Source: Yuukianura sp. NJ FZ-2021
Taxonomy: Eukaryota
Assembly: GCA_046563655.1 (NCBI GenBank)
Contig: CM102289.1
Location: 4,402,001-4,466,000 of the forward strand
Direction: 5' to 3'
DNA length: 64,000 nucleotides
Shown: positions 1-13,700 of the stretch, in pieces
Layout of the letters: each line of letters opens with the position of its first letter
How positions within the stretch are numbered: position 1 is the stretch's first letter
Program-made: the position numbers and the translations under genes
Notes under the pieces: model-generated
The model's database searches: none
The model's input: the letters and a program-made list of their open reading frames with translations, nothing else
Told to the model about the DNA's origin: nothing

Positions 1-2201
1 GAATGACCTTGGCCCACGCCCAACGTTCTTTTGTTGCCTGCAATTATTCCTTCCTCCGGTTTGTGGAACCACTGCAGAAGAAAAGTTTAGTACATATTCT
101 TTCACCCACTATATTCCGCAAATATTGTCGGTATAGAATATATTCGGGTGAATCGTGGTTAGTTTCAAGTTCAGTTCCCATACTCATACTCTAATACCCG
201 AATTCCAAGGTTAGGTTTGTTTACGAAACCTGGGTTCTTTTGGGTTTACGTTAACATCGCCTGATTTGGGTATTAGAAATACGACGAAGGACTAAATATA
301 TAATGTGCAAGGACATCATTGTATTTGTTACGTAAGAGCATGGGAATTGACCTGAAAATTGGTAATGTATAGAAATAACCCAAATCCATCCCTTAAAATA
401 GTCATACCGTTCCAGTTCTTCCTGTAAACCAAAGTCGTGTCCAATCGGTGTATGAAGTATAGTGTACAGTGTAAATCCGTTGCTAATTTCAGCGTTAACG
501 ACTTAAGTTAGTGAAGTTATGACACCTGTGAAACACAAATTCGAAGTGAGATAGTGTTAATTTCATCTAACACTGCACTGGGTGCAATTTAACCTACACC
601 TTCCTTTGAAAGTTGTTGATCTTCGTAGAAAGTTTCACTCCTCAGACCTTTGCAGATATCGGCAATTTCGGTGCCGCACTTTTTTTTCGTTCAAGTGAGT
701 TGTGGGTGCAACTTTTGAGAATTTAGTGCAGAAATTGCCATACTTCAGGCATAATATCCATCTACCCGTGCCTTAAAGCTACCAAGCGTTAATTTTGGTA
801 AACAATAAGCATATTATAAAATACACTGTATTTCACTATGTTTCTGTTAGTACGTAATGATCAGTTGAATTAGAGTATAAAGCGCGTCCTGTTTCTTTCA
901 CTACTTGGCCTCCCCCTCATGATTACCTATCAATTGGCAAACCACAACCCTCATGTTGCAAAATACAGCAACGTTTAAATCGGTTCAGGTTCTTATTATT
1001 ATGCGACCGAATGATGAGTACTAAAGTTGTTTACTATAAAAAGGAAGCTTACGCTTTTGGCTTTTCCTTTAAAAAAATTGTTCAAATCGAACATTAGTTT
1101 CTCACCGGACTATTCCGACTTTTCGTGTTATGAAATGCTAGGAATTTTCGTTACTAGTATTAAAAGGCCATGGGGGGTAACAGAGGTAATGCAGAGCATT
1201 GAATGATAAGTTCTGAAAAATTTAATCAAACTTTAACAATTTATGTGAAGTCCCGCCAATTAAAATTGTATTAAGCATTGCTGGGTTATATGTCACCGCG
1301 TGTATCACTTGCACATACCCGTACAGACAACTCTTAACATGTTTCTTGTTGGCCTTGAAGCTTTCAAACCAGAAAATCGAGTTTTATATTTCTGGGAGCA
1401 GTAAATATGTAATTGTTATATCTTCCATGCTTTTTATTTCCGACTACTTGGTATTGTATCATTTCTAATCCCGCTTCTATGCTTCTGAAAACCTTTCATT
1501 TTATAGTTTAAGCAAGGTTCCGTTTTCTCAAAAATGGTTTGCTGACTATGGCTCTGATGGTAGTAGTAGCTACCATCTCAAAATCCGTTTACAATAAATA
1601 CATTTCCGGTTTACTTTAACAGAACTTTGAATTTCACCCTACAAATGCTGTTGTACCAATACTTTCCGACGATGCAGAGGAATAGTGCCCAAACTTTTTT
1701 CATTACCATCGCATAACGCATTGCAGATTGTTCTGGTTGTTCGTTCAACCCTTCGCACTACTTTATGGCATGGCGAATTCCACCAATTGACGCTGAGGAA
1801 GTAACGCTTTGACGAGAAATTGATTTTAAATTCAGCTCGTTTTCTGATGTTGTGAAAATTTATATTGATAACAATACTACGCCTCCGTTTTCTTATTTTA
1901 ACATTTTGATTTCGCCCAGGAAAAACTTCCATCATGTTTATATGGGAAACCAAGCGCAATCAAAAATTTATAGTTTTTATGATGAGGCAACTTAAAAAGA
2001 AATTATGTGGTGAAGAATGTTCGAATTTTGAAAAGTCAAATTCGAGAAGAAAATACTTTTTTTTATTTAGAAAATTTTTTTCCTACCTACTTTCAACACA
2101 AAGGAACTAATAGCTTAAATGTATTCAAAAAACAATTTTGGTGGGAATTAGTTTGCTAAATGTTGTCAGTTTCCTTGAATACCTACTTAAGGTTTGACAT
2201 A

Positions 2202-3144
2202 CCGTAAATGCTCTAATATAAGCGCGCCGCTTATAAGAATTTTCGACCTTTCGGACGCGCCTCTATTAGAACACTATTTATTACCGGAATAATTAATAAG
2301 TTTTAAGTGAGCCAAAATTCAATTAATAGTGATCCCATTCGTCGCTGGTGTCACTGTTGCTTTCTTCAAGCCTCCTCCAACTGTGCCCACTGTAGCAATA
2401 CTTGGCATGTCAAAAAATATTCCAGTCATATGGCAATAATATTTGGGTTGGAAATTTTATTCGTGACAGCGAGGTTGGAAGTGTACATGACGAACTCAAC
2501 AAGCTTCTCAAATAACGAATTTGGATCTTTTTAAGCCAACGACGTTTTCTTTCTCAAACTGAGGTCATGGCGCTTCATAAATTTTTGTAGCCAACCACTG
2601 CTGGCCTGAAATTCGTTTGTTTGAAGCACTGCAGAGTAGACTTCCCTAGCTTTCACACGAATAGATTTGAAGGAGACACTTTGCTGGTTGGTGCGCTGAT
2701 TTAAAATCCAATCCTAAACCATTTTATCTGCTTCTTTAGAAAGTTGTTTTCTCCAGTCGAAAGCTAAAATTCGTTAAATTTTTTACCGATTTTATCATTT
2801 TGCTTCAGCCAACTGAAGACTTGTTTTCGGTGTATTCCGAAGTGAGCTGCGGTACCGTCCGTGGTAATAGTAGAAGCGTTATGAACCACTTTTAACTTAA
2901 AACTGAGATCAAACGATTGTCTTTTAGTTACACCATTTTTAAAACTTGCATTTAAGTGCTACAATTTGATTTGAATCAAATTAGCAACGTAGAAGTTAAA
3001 CAGAAGATGTCACTTTGCTCTAACCTCTGTTTTAAACTCAAGTTACCTACCGCGCTTATATCGCAATTTGCCCCCGCTCAAACCGCGCTTGCATTAGAGT
3101 ATGCGCTTATATTAGAATACGCGCTTGCATTAGAGCATTTACGG
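2202..3144 (-). mobile_element. Internally deleted, non-autonomous pogo/Tigger-type (Tc1/mariner superfamily) DNA transposon
   Basis: Inverted termini CCGTAAATGCTCTAAT(AT/GC)AAGCGCG at 2202 and 3144, each flanked by TA (2200-2201, 3145-3146). Subterminal GCGCTT(GC/AT)ATTAGA repeats at about 3085-3135. The minus strand encodes a degraded transposase: Brinker-type HTH (KRQSFDLSFKLKVV..AAHFGIHRKQVFSW), CENP-B HTH (FQASSGWLQKFMKRHDLSLRKKT), a frameshifted first-Asp motif (NIIA..TGIFFDMP) and an acidic tail (EESNSDTSDEWDHY*). Confidence 0.9.
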
Positions 3145-3389
3145 TAGTATGTATTGGTAAATTTGTAAATTCAAACAGCCCACTACCCCGCCTTTCTCAA
3201 GTTCAGATCTCATTTCGATTAAAAAAAGAAGCCATTTGTGACGTTAATTTACTTTAACATGTCACTTTATATCTTAGCAAAAGAAACTTTACTACTAGTT
3301 CGTCCTTTGTCAATGTAATTAGAGTTTGAATTCGGAGCAAAAAAACAATTCTTTCTTTTAACAGTGAAAAGTTTAATTAAAATACCAAC

Positions 3390-4799
3390 ATGAAGCTCCG
3401 ACTATTTTCGAAAACAGTGAACTTCAGTTTTTTGGTGTTCCTCACCTCGTTTCAATTTGACCCAAAATTTCCAAATTTTATGTCATGTCCAACAGAGAGT
3501 CGACGAAAACGAATTTGGCGCTTTCGTCAAAATTTCCTTATTTTTAGTCGTTTTGCCTATTTAGTCTTTTGTCAGTTCCAATTCAAAGGTGGGTATTTGA
3601 CCCTAAGCAAACGCGATGGTGACGACTTGACTCGCCGCCTAATTCACGCGTCGTTCTTAATCTTTCTCAAATATATCTTGAGGAACAAAGAACAAGAACT
3701 AGCCGAATTTACCACACAACTTCTCAGAGTCCAATACCGAGTTGAACGTTAGTCTTTACATGATTTTTTGTCTTGTTTAGAATATTTCTGTAAATAAATT
3801 AATATTTCATGTAACCTGTGTTGTAATATTTTGTGTATATAAATTCTGAACTCAGAAACTTCCGGCCCCTACTATGCAAAAATATGGGTGTGGCTAAATA
3901 GACTCATGAAGCTGTTTGTCGTCGGCCTGCCACTTCTCCACGTCAGCCCTATAATCTCTGCGTTTGCGCGTTATACTCCAAAATTTCTATTAAGCGCAAG
4001 AATTATTTGTTTGAATTTCCCCTGTATCACGCTACTGGAAAATTTTGTAGATATTTATTTGTTCATGGTTTACCATGCTACGCTGTTGCCTCCTGTTTTT
4101 ATACTCGTAATGTACTTGACCTTGACCTCCAGGGGCCTCGAAGGTCTGCATGCGCAAAAAACGTAAGTTACATGACGGATATTGTTGTACTCTAAATACA
4201 TAATAATGTTTTACACTGATTAATACAATTTTTACTTTTTCCATGTTGTAAAACAGTAAATTACCTTTGGCCCTTATTATAGTTACAAATATTATCATAT
4301 CATGTTATGTTTTATTTACATAACAACTGTATGAAACAAATTCAGTTACAGGAAAATAGAAGAGGATGTGATGGATTACAGGCGCCTTTCGTTGGTGAAC
4401 ATTCTGTTCAACAACTGGTATGACCCATGCTTCATGCCTGCCGTCATTGGTGTCCATGCATTTACGTGGATTAGATGCATTTATATTGCAGTTCGTACGT
4501 ATTCCACTGTACCTGCGAGTGTTTACGCAGGAAGCGTTTTTATAGTAGTTGCAAATACTATGTTCGGTATCGGTGTTTCGTCAGTAACAGGAAAAGTTCA
4601 TCGCCAGTCTTTGGCAGTTACAAACCAGTGGCGGGGGTCAGCTCAGCCACAGAGTGGTTTCGAACGTAGTCTGGTGCGCAGTACACGGCCATTTGGTGTG
4701 CGTGTTGGTCCGTTCTATGTCATTCGGCACACAACGAAAGTGACTTACCTACGCAACATCTTTGAAACCACCATCAACGTTCTACTCAGCATTCCCTAG
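3390..4799 (+). CDS. Divergent 7TM chemoreceptor (gustatory/odorant receptor superfamily-like), 3 exons, about 370 aa
   Basis: Exons 3390-3747, 3856-4162 and 4352-4799 join in frame via GT-AG introns (phases 1, 2). Several hydrophobic segments. C-terminus RSTRPFGVRVGPFYVIRHTTKVTYLRNIFETTINVLLSIP resembles the arthropod GR/OR TM7 region. Confidence 0.7.
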
Positions 4800-5142
4800 T
4801 TATTCCAACTCAAATCTAACTCAAGTGCAATTAACCAAGAATTTATTCTATTGCCTACTAAATACCGTCAAACATTACCACATAGTAGTACCTCGCTAGA
4901 ATGCAGTTGATAACATTAATCTAAGACTCCCTCAAATGCGTAAGCGCAAAACTGATGCCTTATAAGAGGAGAAAGTTAGCGTGTAGTGCGGTGAAAGTGA
5001 AAGCATACTATCATATCATTTCACATCTGATGAAAAGAAAAGAGAAACTGTGAAAGTGAGCTTTCCTCTTCTGCAAATACTATTAAATCCTAAGTCAAAA
5101 TATTGCTTCTAATATATCACCGTTGTTAAATCGTTTATACAA

Positions 5143-8100
5143 ATGGCTGAAGGAGTAAATCAAATGTTGTGGTTCATAATCTATTGGATGTTTCATGTAG
5201 GGAACGGTTTACCACAAACGATTAGACTGGGTGAGCTATATTTGTGATTAAATATAATGAGATTATTATACAAACTATCTTAAAACCTTAACATTATAAA
5301 CATTTAGGAGCATTACTTGATGAATCCTATTCGCCAACCAGATTAAACTTAATCACAGATGCGATCAACTTGGATACAAGAATTCTGCCAAAATCAAGAC
5401 TAATACTGGAATCTCCGCAACAAACATCCAATAATTCCTTTCACAACGAAATAGCTCGTAACTTTTTTAATGATGGTTTTTATTTTAGAATTTTTAAAAT
5501 TGTTAAAAGTGAATTTGTCCTGTAGTGTGCCAACTTCTCCATGTGGGCGTTGCTGGAATTGTGGTAAGTTCTGAAGTTGACACCGGTGGTTATGTGAAAT
5601 CCTTGTGTACCAAATACGACATTCCGTACATTGACATCAATCAACCAACGGAGTCTCAAGCAAAAGACAAAAGATCCGCAATTCATTTCTTCCCAACAGC
5701 AGAAACCATGTCCAAGGTAACAACCTAAATTTTAGTTTAGTATAGACTTACTATTTAGCACAAAATTAACTTAATCGATACTAAATGTTTTCCTAATTTA
5801 GACCTGTTGTGATCTGATGAAGAAATTAAAGTGGAAGCGTTATGTAATACTTTACGACTCTCCACAAAACTTATTTGGTTTCCGTAATGTTTTTGAAACC
5901 GAAAATTCATCTGACTCTGGATCTCCTCCTATCCTACGTCAACTACCAGAAACGAAAAATTATATGTGAGTTTTTTCCTCAACGTCGGCAAAATAGAATC
6001 AATTTTTACAGTTGTTTTTTTATTTACTTTTTTAAAATTTTTAGAGAATTTCTTCAGAAAATTCAGGAAATTGGAGCTTCAAATGTTTTGATTATCGCAA
6101 ATACTTTTGAGACGGAAGTAATCTTGACGCAAGCTCAAGAGCTAGGCATGATGACACAAGAATATTCCTACATCGTTACAACATTGGTAAACTATATCAC
6201 TTCATTCTTTGAAAGCATTTTAATATTTTACATTGTTGAAGGATTTCCATTTGCTCCCAATTTCAAAATTTCAATATTCTGGTGCAAGTATCAGAGGCTT
6301 CCGGTTGGTCGATACTAATTCAGCAGAAGTGCAAAAAGTATTTAGTGACCACAATACATTTCGGAATTCAGAACTCGGCAAATTTACTAACACCGCTGTT
6401 CCAGTCAACAAGCTTAAAATCTCGGTAGTTTCTTCAATTCGGAAATCGGGTTTTAATCGACCATTTTCAATCTTGCTTGTTATTTGTGGATTTTCTTTTA
6501 CTGTTTTTAGACTTCCGTTGTAGTCCTCTACGACGCTCTCAAAACGTTTGCGAAAACTCTCCACATTTTGGATTCGACGCAACAGATTAACATCCGTAGT
6601 CTAAATTGCAACAAAGCAGAAACGTGGGGCTTTGGATCTACAATTTTAAATTACATCAAAATGTTGCCGACACATGGACTCACTGGGAAGATTGACTTTG
6701 ACAACACGCCATTCAGAACAAACATTCTTCTGGAAGTGGTTCAACTGAAACAAAATGCAAGCAAATTGCTTTCTTTTGCCATTCTCCTATCGCAATTCTT
6801 TCTATGCTTTTAAAAATTAATTTATGCGCTATTATATCTAAATAATTTAAGGGAATTCAAAAAATTGGATCTTGGAATACAACTGCTTCTCCAAGACTAA
6901 ATCTATTGCAACTCTCAACTTCTAAGGACAATTCAAAATTAACTACCAATGAACCTCTGGTGGTACGCTCGGTTCTGGTAAATTTTCATATTCAACAACA
7001 GACTAAATTTTTTTCTCAATTCAAAATTAAAGTTTAAGTATGCACATTTTGATATAATTTTCAGAGCAGGCCGTTTCTAATGTTGAAAGCAGTACAGGAA
7101 AATCCGGAAGACAAATTTCAGGGTTTTTTGGTGGACCTATTAACAAAACTTTCACAAATTTTGAAATTCGGATTTACTCTTGAAGTAATTGAAAGCAAAG
7201 AATCCAATGAAGAAAACAAAGACAATTTGTGGGACGCCGTGATTGAGGAAGTGTTTGAACAGGTAAATAAAGGTTACTAAAGTATTCAATTATATGAACA
7301 ATAATTATTTTCATAATAAGATCGTTTTTCTTAAATTTTTTTTAGAAGGCAGACTTTGCCATTGGAGATTTGACCACAACGAGCGAACGGTTGAAAAAAG
7401 TTGAGTTTGTTCCGTTTATGCACTTTGGACTTACCGTAGTAACCGCAATACCAAACAACACGAACCGAAACTGGTTCTCGGTTTTACGACCGTTTTCAAC
7501 TTCTGTTTGGATTGGAATTGTTGGAGCATATCTTGCAGTTTCAATTCTATACTACGTAGTCACTGAGTAAGTAAAAGCAATTGTAATATATAAACATATA
7601 TACTACTTTAAGATCATTATAAATTATACATTATATATAGTTTCAAACCACAAAATTAAGAAACTAATACTTATTGTAATAGATTTATTTATACATTACA
7701 TTTATACATTACATATATAAGAAAAAAGTTGTAGTACTTACTTAAGTACATCTATGTTTTGGGATTATTTGATAGGTTTCCAAAATCTGGCGAGAAGCGC
7801 AAGTGCGGTAAGAACAGAAGTCAAAACAGAGAGCAGCCGAACCAAAATATCTTCAATGGCTTATTCTGCATGATCTGGAGTAACCGACTACGCATAGGGT
7901 TGCATTAAATTCATTATATTTATCAAAATATATTTAGATTATATTGTTAAATACATGATTTTATTTGCATTTTCTGTATATCTTAGAAGTCATTCAGCTA
8001 AGATGCTTGCTCTCTCTTGGTCAACATTTCTCATCCTCATTGTATCTACGTACACTGCCAATTCCGTGTCATTTTTCCTGAACAAAGGTCAAGGATTAGA

Positions 8101-9162
8101 GGGTGCAGACGTGCAAGACCTTTTCGATGGAGGTGTGCAGTTTATTTGTGTTCGAAACAGTACAACTATGAAGTATCTACAGGTAGGCAATATACGTGCT
8201 AGTTGAACACTTAAACGTAATTAAACTAATTACATAACTCGTAAACCTAACTTTTTCTGTGATTCACTCTTTCGTTAGTTGTCCACAAGCGAACTAGAAA
8301 AAAACATTTGGAAGCAGATTGAGGCCAACCCCAAATCATGCCTAAAGTCTTCCATTGATGACGCCATTGCTGAAGTATTGCATGCCCAAGGACGCATCGC
8401 GTTTCTAGGGGAAACTCCTGCAATCGAGTACAGCGTCAAAGGCGCATGTGGACTCAAGATAGTCGGGAATCCCTTCAACTCATTTTCATACGGCATGGGA
8501 GTACACAGAGGTAAAATTGTTTGAAATTTGTAACCAAAATCAAATTAGAAAATGTTTTAAACGGCTTATTAGCACTAAAACGTTTTTTGTCTTAAAGAAT
8601 CAAAGTGGTTGGAGCCATTACGTGCAGCAATGATAAAGATCCAAGAAGATGCGTTTTTGTCTGATTTAAAACAGAAATGGTGGAACACCGAAGAAAATTT
8701 GGCGATTTGCAAGGTTTTAACCATGTTTTAAAAATTTTGAATCTCACGGTGCGTAATTTTACGTTTCTATTTTTTTAGGAAGCCCAAACACAAGTACAGC
8801 CAGTCACTGGGCCAGAAGTGTTGGCTCTTTTCATATTTCTAGCAATTTCCTCCCTTGTCGCAATCCCAATAAGCCTTTGCTCTCGTATTTCAAAATGGTT
8901 AAGCAGTACATCCGTGAGTAAAAGAATTTTTTTTCTTATTTCTTTTTAGAATTTATACTCAAATATTTAATACTTCTATTAGCGTTCACAGCGACAGGAC
9001 TTGGTGAAAGATGTCGAATTTGTGCAGAAAGGTAAGCGTGATGGAAGTGAAGCCGTTTTCACCGACGAAAGTCTCACACCTTACTTGGATCTAGGAATAA
9101 ACGCTTACGGATTTCCAAGTTGTGGCAGCAGTGTAGACGTAGCAACAATTCAATTGACCTAA
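5143..9162 (+). CDS. Ionotropic glutamate receptor, kainate-like and divergent, multi-exon, with amino-terminal domain
   Basis: Signal peptide followed by LPQTIRLG; LIVBP-like ATD exons (CQLLHVGVAGIV, HGLTGKIDFD); S1 FQGFLVDLL..ADFAIGDLTTTSER; M1 PFSTSVWIGIVGAYLAVS; M3 STYTANSVSFF; S2 NSTT, AFLGETPAIEY, LKQKWW; M4; stop TAA at 9160-9162. The junctions checked by eye keep frame. Confidence 0.9.
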
Positions 9163-10793
9163 TTCTAAAAAAATTGAAACTCGTAACCTAAAGTTTTAAG
9201 TTCCTAACGCTTCACGTCATAAGCTTTGTCCAAAAATCTAAGATAATTGCTGAAGAATTTCATTGAGTTGTGTGATGTTAAACTAATGTTTAAAACTATA
9301 GCAGTGTCATGTGATGGTGATTGTAATCATAAAGTCAAATGGGCCACAGCCCAGTAGTCGATCATCCTAAATTGCTTCCATGTTGGTTAATTACAAGTGT
9401 ATTAACTTGCAAGGTTTCTCAAAATTTCTTATTTCTGTGTAACAAATTCAACGACATCGGGATTCAGTAATGAGGTAATGAGGCGGAGTAGGCAGCATCT
9501 TTAGCCTTCTTGTACATTTAGACCCCTAGAATTTTAAAGTTCATAACGAAGTTGCTAATCTAACCTAACATTAATAACCTGACATGACAAAGCGTTTAAA
9601 ACATTTGAATAATCAGTCCAACCTCAATTAAATTCTACTTGGTCTGCTCGATTTGAAACTGAAACTGAAATCCATACTACCCAGAGGGGCCATAGAGCAG
9701 TGACTTTAATGTCAGCTACTGGAATGCTCTCCATTTATTAAAAGAAGTTGACTTTTTGGAAATATGAAAGCCTGGAATTTCAAAAATTAGTATTCCTGGC
9801 GTTCTGCAAAGTACGTAACCCAGTACAACTACCTTGCGCTTATCTCGCTTCTACTTAAACTCAAATCTGCTTTAATTGCGACACTTAAAAGATATTAAAT
9901 ATTTCTGACACTAAATAGTAACTGATTTTCATGAGTTTGTGACGATTAGTGTTTGGCATCGTATTACCCCTCATAAAGTGTAGTACAATTTCATTATATA
10001 CCTTTGAGGGCCCATTTCGCTAATTTGCAGAAGGAACTCCACGAAATGCGCAACAGATAAGTTGTAGTGCTTGTAATTATCTTTCATTTGCCGCTTTACT
10101 TGGGTAGAACCGTCAAACCGGTAGGGCGGTGAGAATTTTCAAACTTGACCCAGAAATTCATATTTTGCTTAATAACTCGGCCATTTCACGATGCAGACAC
10201 AACTTCCTCAGAAATTTAGGTTCAGAAAAGCCTTGATAATAAGTCCCCTAGCTCAGGATCCCGAAGTTTCACTCTACCACCGAAATATCCGAATTTCGGA
10301 TTTTTCGGAATTTTAAGTTTTTCGATTTGACGCGTACTTTTTTTCAATTTTTAATGCATTTTTAATTATGTAATCTCAACCAGTTTTCTTGTAGGTACAA
10401 CTTCATGGAAAAGAAAAGAGGATTCAGACCTTTAGTGAGTCCAAACTCTCGCGTCTCGCAATAATTCCGCTAAATAGTATGTTGGACTCGCATTCGCATT
10501 TCCTCACGCAAAATCGGCACACTTATCTGTTAAAGAACAGGATTAGTCACTATTAGGAGGTACTTTCTAACACGTGTGAACTTTTTAGGAAATTGTTGGT
10601 GTGCTTCGCTTCATCACACTGTTGTTAACTCGAATTCGAATTGAATAATACAAAGTTAGTTACCGTGTACTAAGGTCGATTAAGGATCGCGATTGGGCCA
10701 TTTTTAATTTGGGTGAGACAGGCGCTGACAGATGAAGTATAAAATTCATTATATATTATAACATAATATATGAATATTCTAGGATCCAAAACA

Positions 10794-13700
10794 ATGGATG
10801 ACAAGAAGAAAGTACATCGAGTATCTAAGTCTCGCAGGAAGGCGAAATCTGCACACGATACCAAAAAAGATGAAAATGTTGATCCCGTAATCCGAAATCC
10901 AAAAGCTTTCGCAATAAATTCAGTGGTAAGAGCTGAAAGGAAGTTCAGAAGAGCCAGAGATATACAGACGAAGAAAGAAAGAGCACCACAAGTTGACCGT
11001 GCTCCAGTCGAGCCACCACCCATAGTGATTGCAATTGTTGGCCCTCCGAAAGTTGGAAAGTCTACCCTGTTTCATAATTTAACAAAGCATTTCACACGAC
11101 ATGTGCTTCACGACGTGAAAGGTCCAGTGACAATTGTATCGGGGAAGAAGAGGAGATTGACTTTAATCGAGTGTAATAATGACATACACTCCATGATTGA
11201 TACTGCTAAGGTCGCCGACCTAGTTCTACTGCTAGTAGATGCCTCTTTTGGATTCGAAATGGAAATTTTTGAATTCCTAAACATTTGTCAGGTACAAGGA
11301 AGATTTGCCCTAATTTCAATCTCGCAATTGTAGCCATTGACCGTAATTGGATTTATTTTACAAATCTGTTCAATAGGTGCACGGATTTCCGCAAATTATG
11401 GGAGTTTTGACTCATTTGGATCTTTTGAAGAATAAAGTGCAGTTGAAGAAAACCAAGAAAACACTGAAACATAGATTCTGGACTGAAGTTTATCCTGGTT
11501 CTAAGCTGTTTTATTTGTCCGGTTATCATCCGATGACCAACTCCTACCCGAAGAACGAGATCCATAACTTGGCAAGATTTATATCGGTTATGAAGGTACG
11601 CCAAACTTCCTGGCGGTCACAACACGCCTATGTTGTCGTGGATCGAATAGAAGATCTCACATCCCCGGAGGACATCAGACTCAACTCCAAGGTTGATCGC
11701 AACATTTGTCTCTACGGTTATGTGCACGGGACATATTTGAAGCCGGACATGCCTGTTCATATTCCAGGTGAGTCGGAGAACTCTATATCCCTTTCTGCGG
11801 TTATTGATCACAAGAAAATCGCTGTTTTTTACTAACACTTAAATATATCTTCGTATTTTCAGGCCTCGGCGATTATACACCAGAAGCAGTAAATGCATTA
11901 GATGATCCATGTCCTTTACCTATGAAGGAAAGGATTCTTCGTCGTTCCTTGAATGAGAAAGAGAAGGTTATTTATGCCCCGTTTTCCGGTGTTGGAGGGA
12001 TTGTTTATGATCAAGACGCCGTTTATATAGATTTGGCTGGAAGTCACAGCCATAGCCATAAGCGTCCGGACAAACGTGAACAAGAAATGCAACCATCAAT
12101 CTCCCCATTTGTTAGTGAAATACAGAAACTCAAGGCGAGTTTGGATGAAAAAATGGAGTCTTCAGGTCTTCAACTTTTCAGTACTTCGCGTCTTATTACG
12201 CCAGCGGATGGAGACGATGCAAGAGGAACGGAAAACTTCACTGATGTGGATGATGACTATGAAGAGGTTGACGAAAACACAGAAATCGAAATTACTAATA
12301 CCCACCAGAACGTAGAAATTGTTCGTGTTTCCGATGGTCGACGTCGACGAAAAGTAATTTTCAATGACGAAGATGAAGGTGACGTTATCTCGGAAATGCA
12401 GACTGAAATTAACAATCTAAAGCAGTCTGCAAATGATAATTATTCTTCCAGTGCTAAGAAAAATGTCACGAGTTCAGAACGCACTTCTAACGAAGAATCG
12501 TCCCATTATACTGCTGAAGACTTTGAAGTCGAGAACCTGTGTGCTCCTCTAGCACGGCAACGAGAGACTTCCACTGCTAATGTCACCTCCGTTAAGCGAC
12601 AAGCCCATGACAACAGCGTTGTTGACGTTTCCAGCTTAGCACTTAAGCTTAAAGCCAGACTTGACAAGAATGCTGCTGTGCCAGTCGCTTGTGCTGAATC
12701 CGACTCGGATCTGACTGACGAAGGGATAGCCGAATTCAGTGAAGAGAATGATTCGGATATGGAATTAGGCGAAGATGGGGAAGACGAAAAAGAAGAATCT
12801 GTGCTGGGAAAAAAAGAATTGACGAATACCAAATTCCACGACCGCCAACAGGATGATGACTTTAGCGATGAACCTAGTCACCACACAGAAATTACGAAGA
12901 AGAAAAGCTACCTCGACGCAGAAGCTGGATTTTACTCAAGATTCTATAAACGCTCCCTTCAAAGGGCAATTTATGAACCAGCGACGGAACATTTTAACAT
13001 TGGACCAAAGGCAGACTTCGACCTCGCTAACTGTGCTGTAGATGAACTTACAGGAGTGCAGCGTGAAAGTAACATTGGAGATGAAAAAATGAAGGGATTT
13101 TTCATCGGCGGCGAATACGCGGAAGCTGCGAAGAACATTCTGGAAGATGATGCAGATTCTACCAATTCGTGTGATGGCGACTTTCAAGAGTTGGACAAGG
13201 CTAAAGACGACGAAGATGATGAGGATTGTAGTGATCAAAGTTGTTCAGAATTAGAAAAACAGAAGCGAGAGGATAAGAAGAGGGAAGAAATGAAGAAACA
13301 ATTGAAGGAGAAGTTTGATATGCAGTACGATGCATCCGGTAATGGGAAGGAGAAGGACTTCTATGCTGAATGGAAAAGTGAAGTAGAAGAACAGACGAAG
13401 GTCAGTTACATAAATCCACGATTAAAACTTGCGATTTAGTACTCTGAGCGATGTGCTTCTTTTCTCTTATAGGTTAATCAAACGTTCTTCAAGGACGTGG
13501 AAGACCCAGCCTTGCTTCAAGACTTGCAAGGTATTGCCCCGGGAACTTACGTTCGATGTCTACTGCTACGTCTGCCTTGTGAATTTGTCACAAATTTTGA
13601 CCCTCAGACAGCATGTCCTCTAATACTTGGCTCCCTGGACTCACCTAATCAAGAAACTCTTGCGGTTGTCCAGGCTCGTATTAAAAAGCATAGATGGCAC

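Noticed and set aside
1..421. Minus-strand acceptor near 72 and a possible 14-nt micro-exon at 408-421 of a gene running off the left edge
   Set aside because: Too little sequence; the frame is ambiguous and cannot be supported within this window.
10090..10380. Repeat-like segment upstream of BMS1
   Set aside because: Looks like a TE remnant, but no termini or target duplication could be identified.
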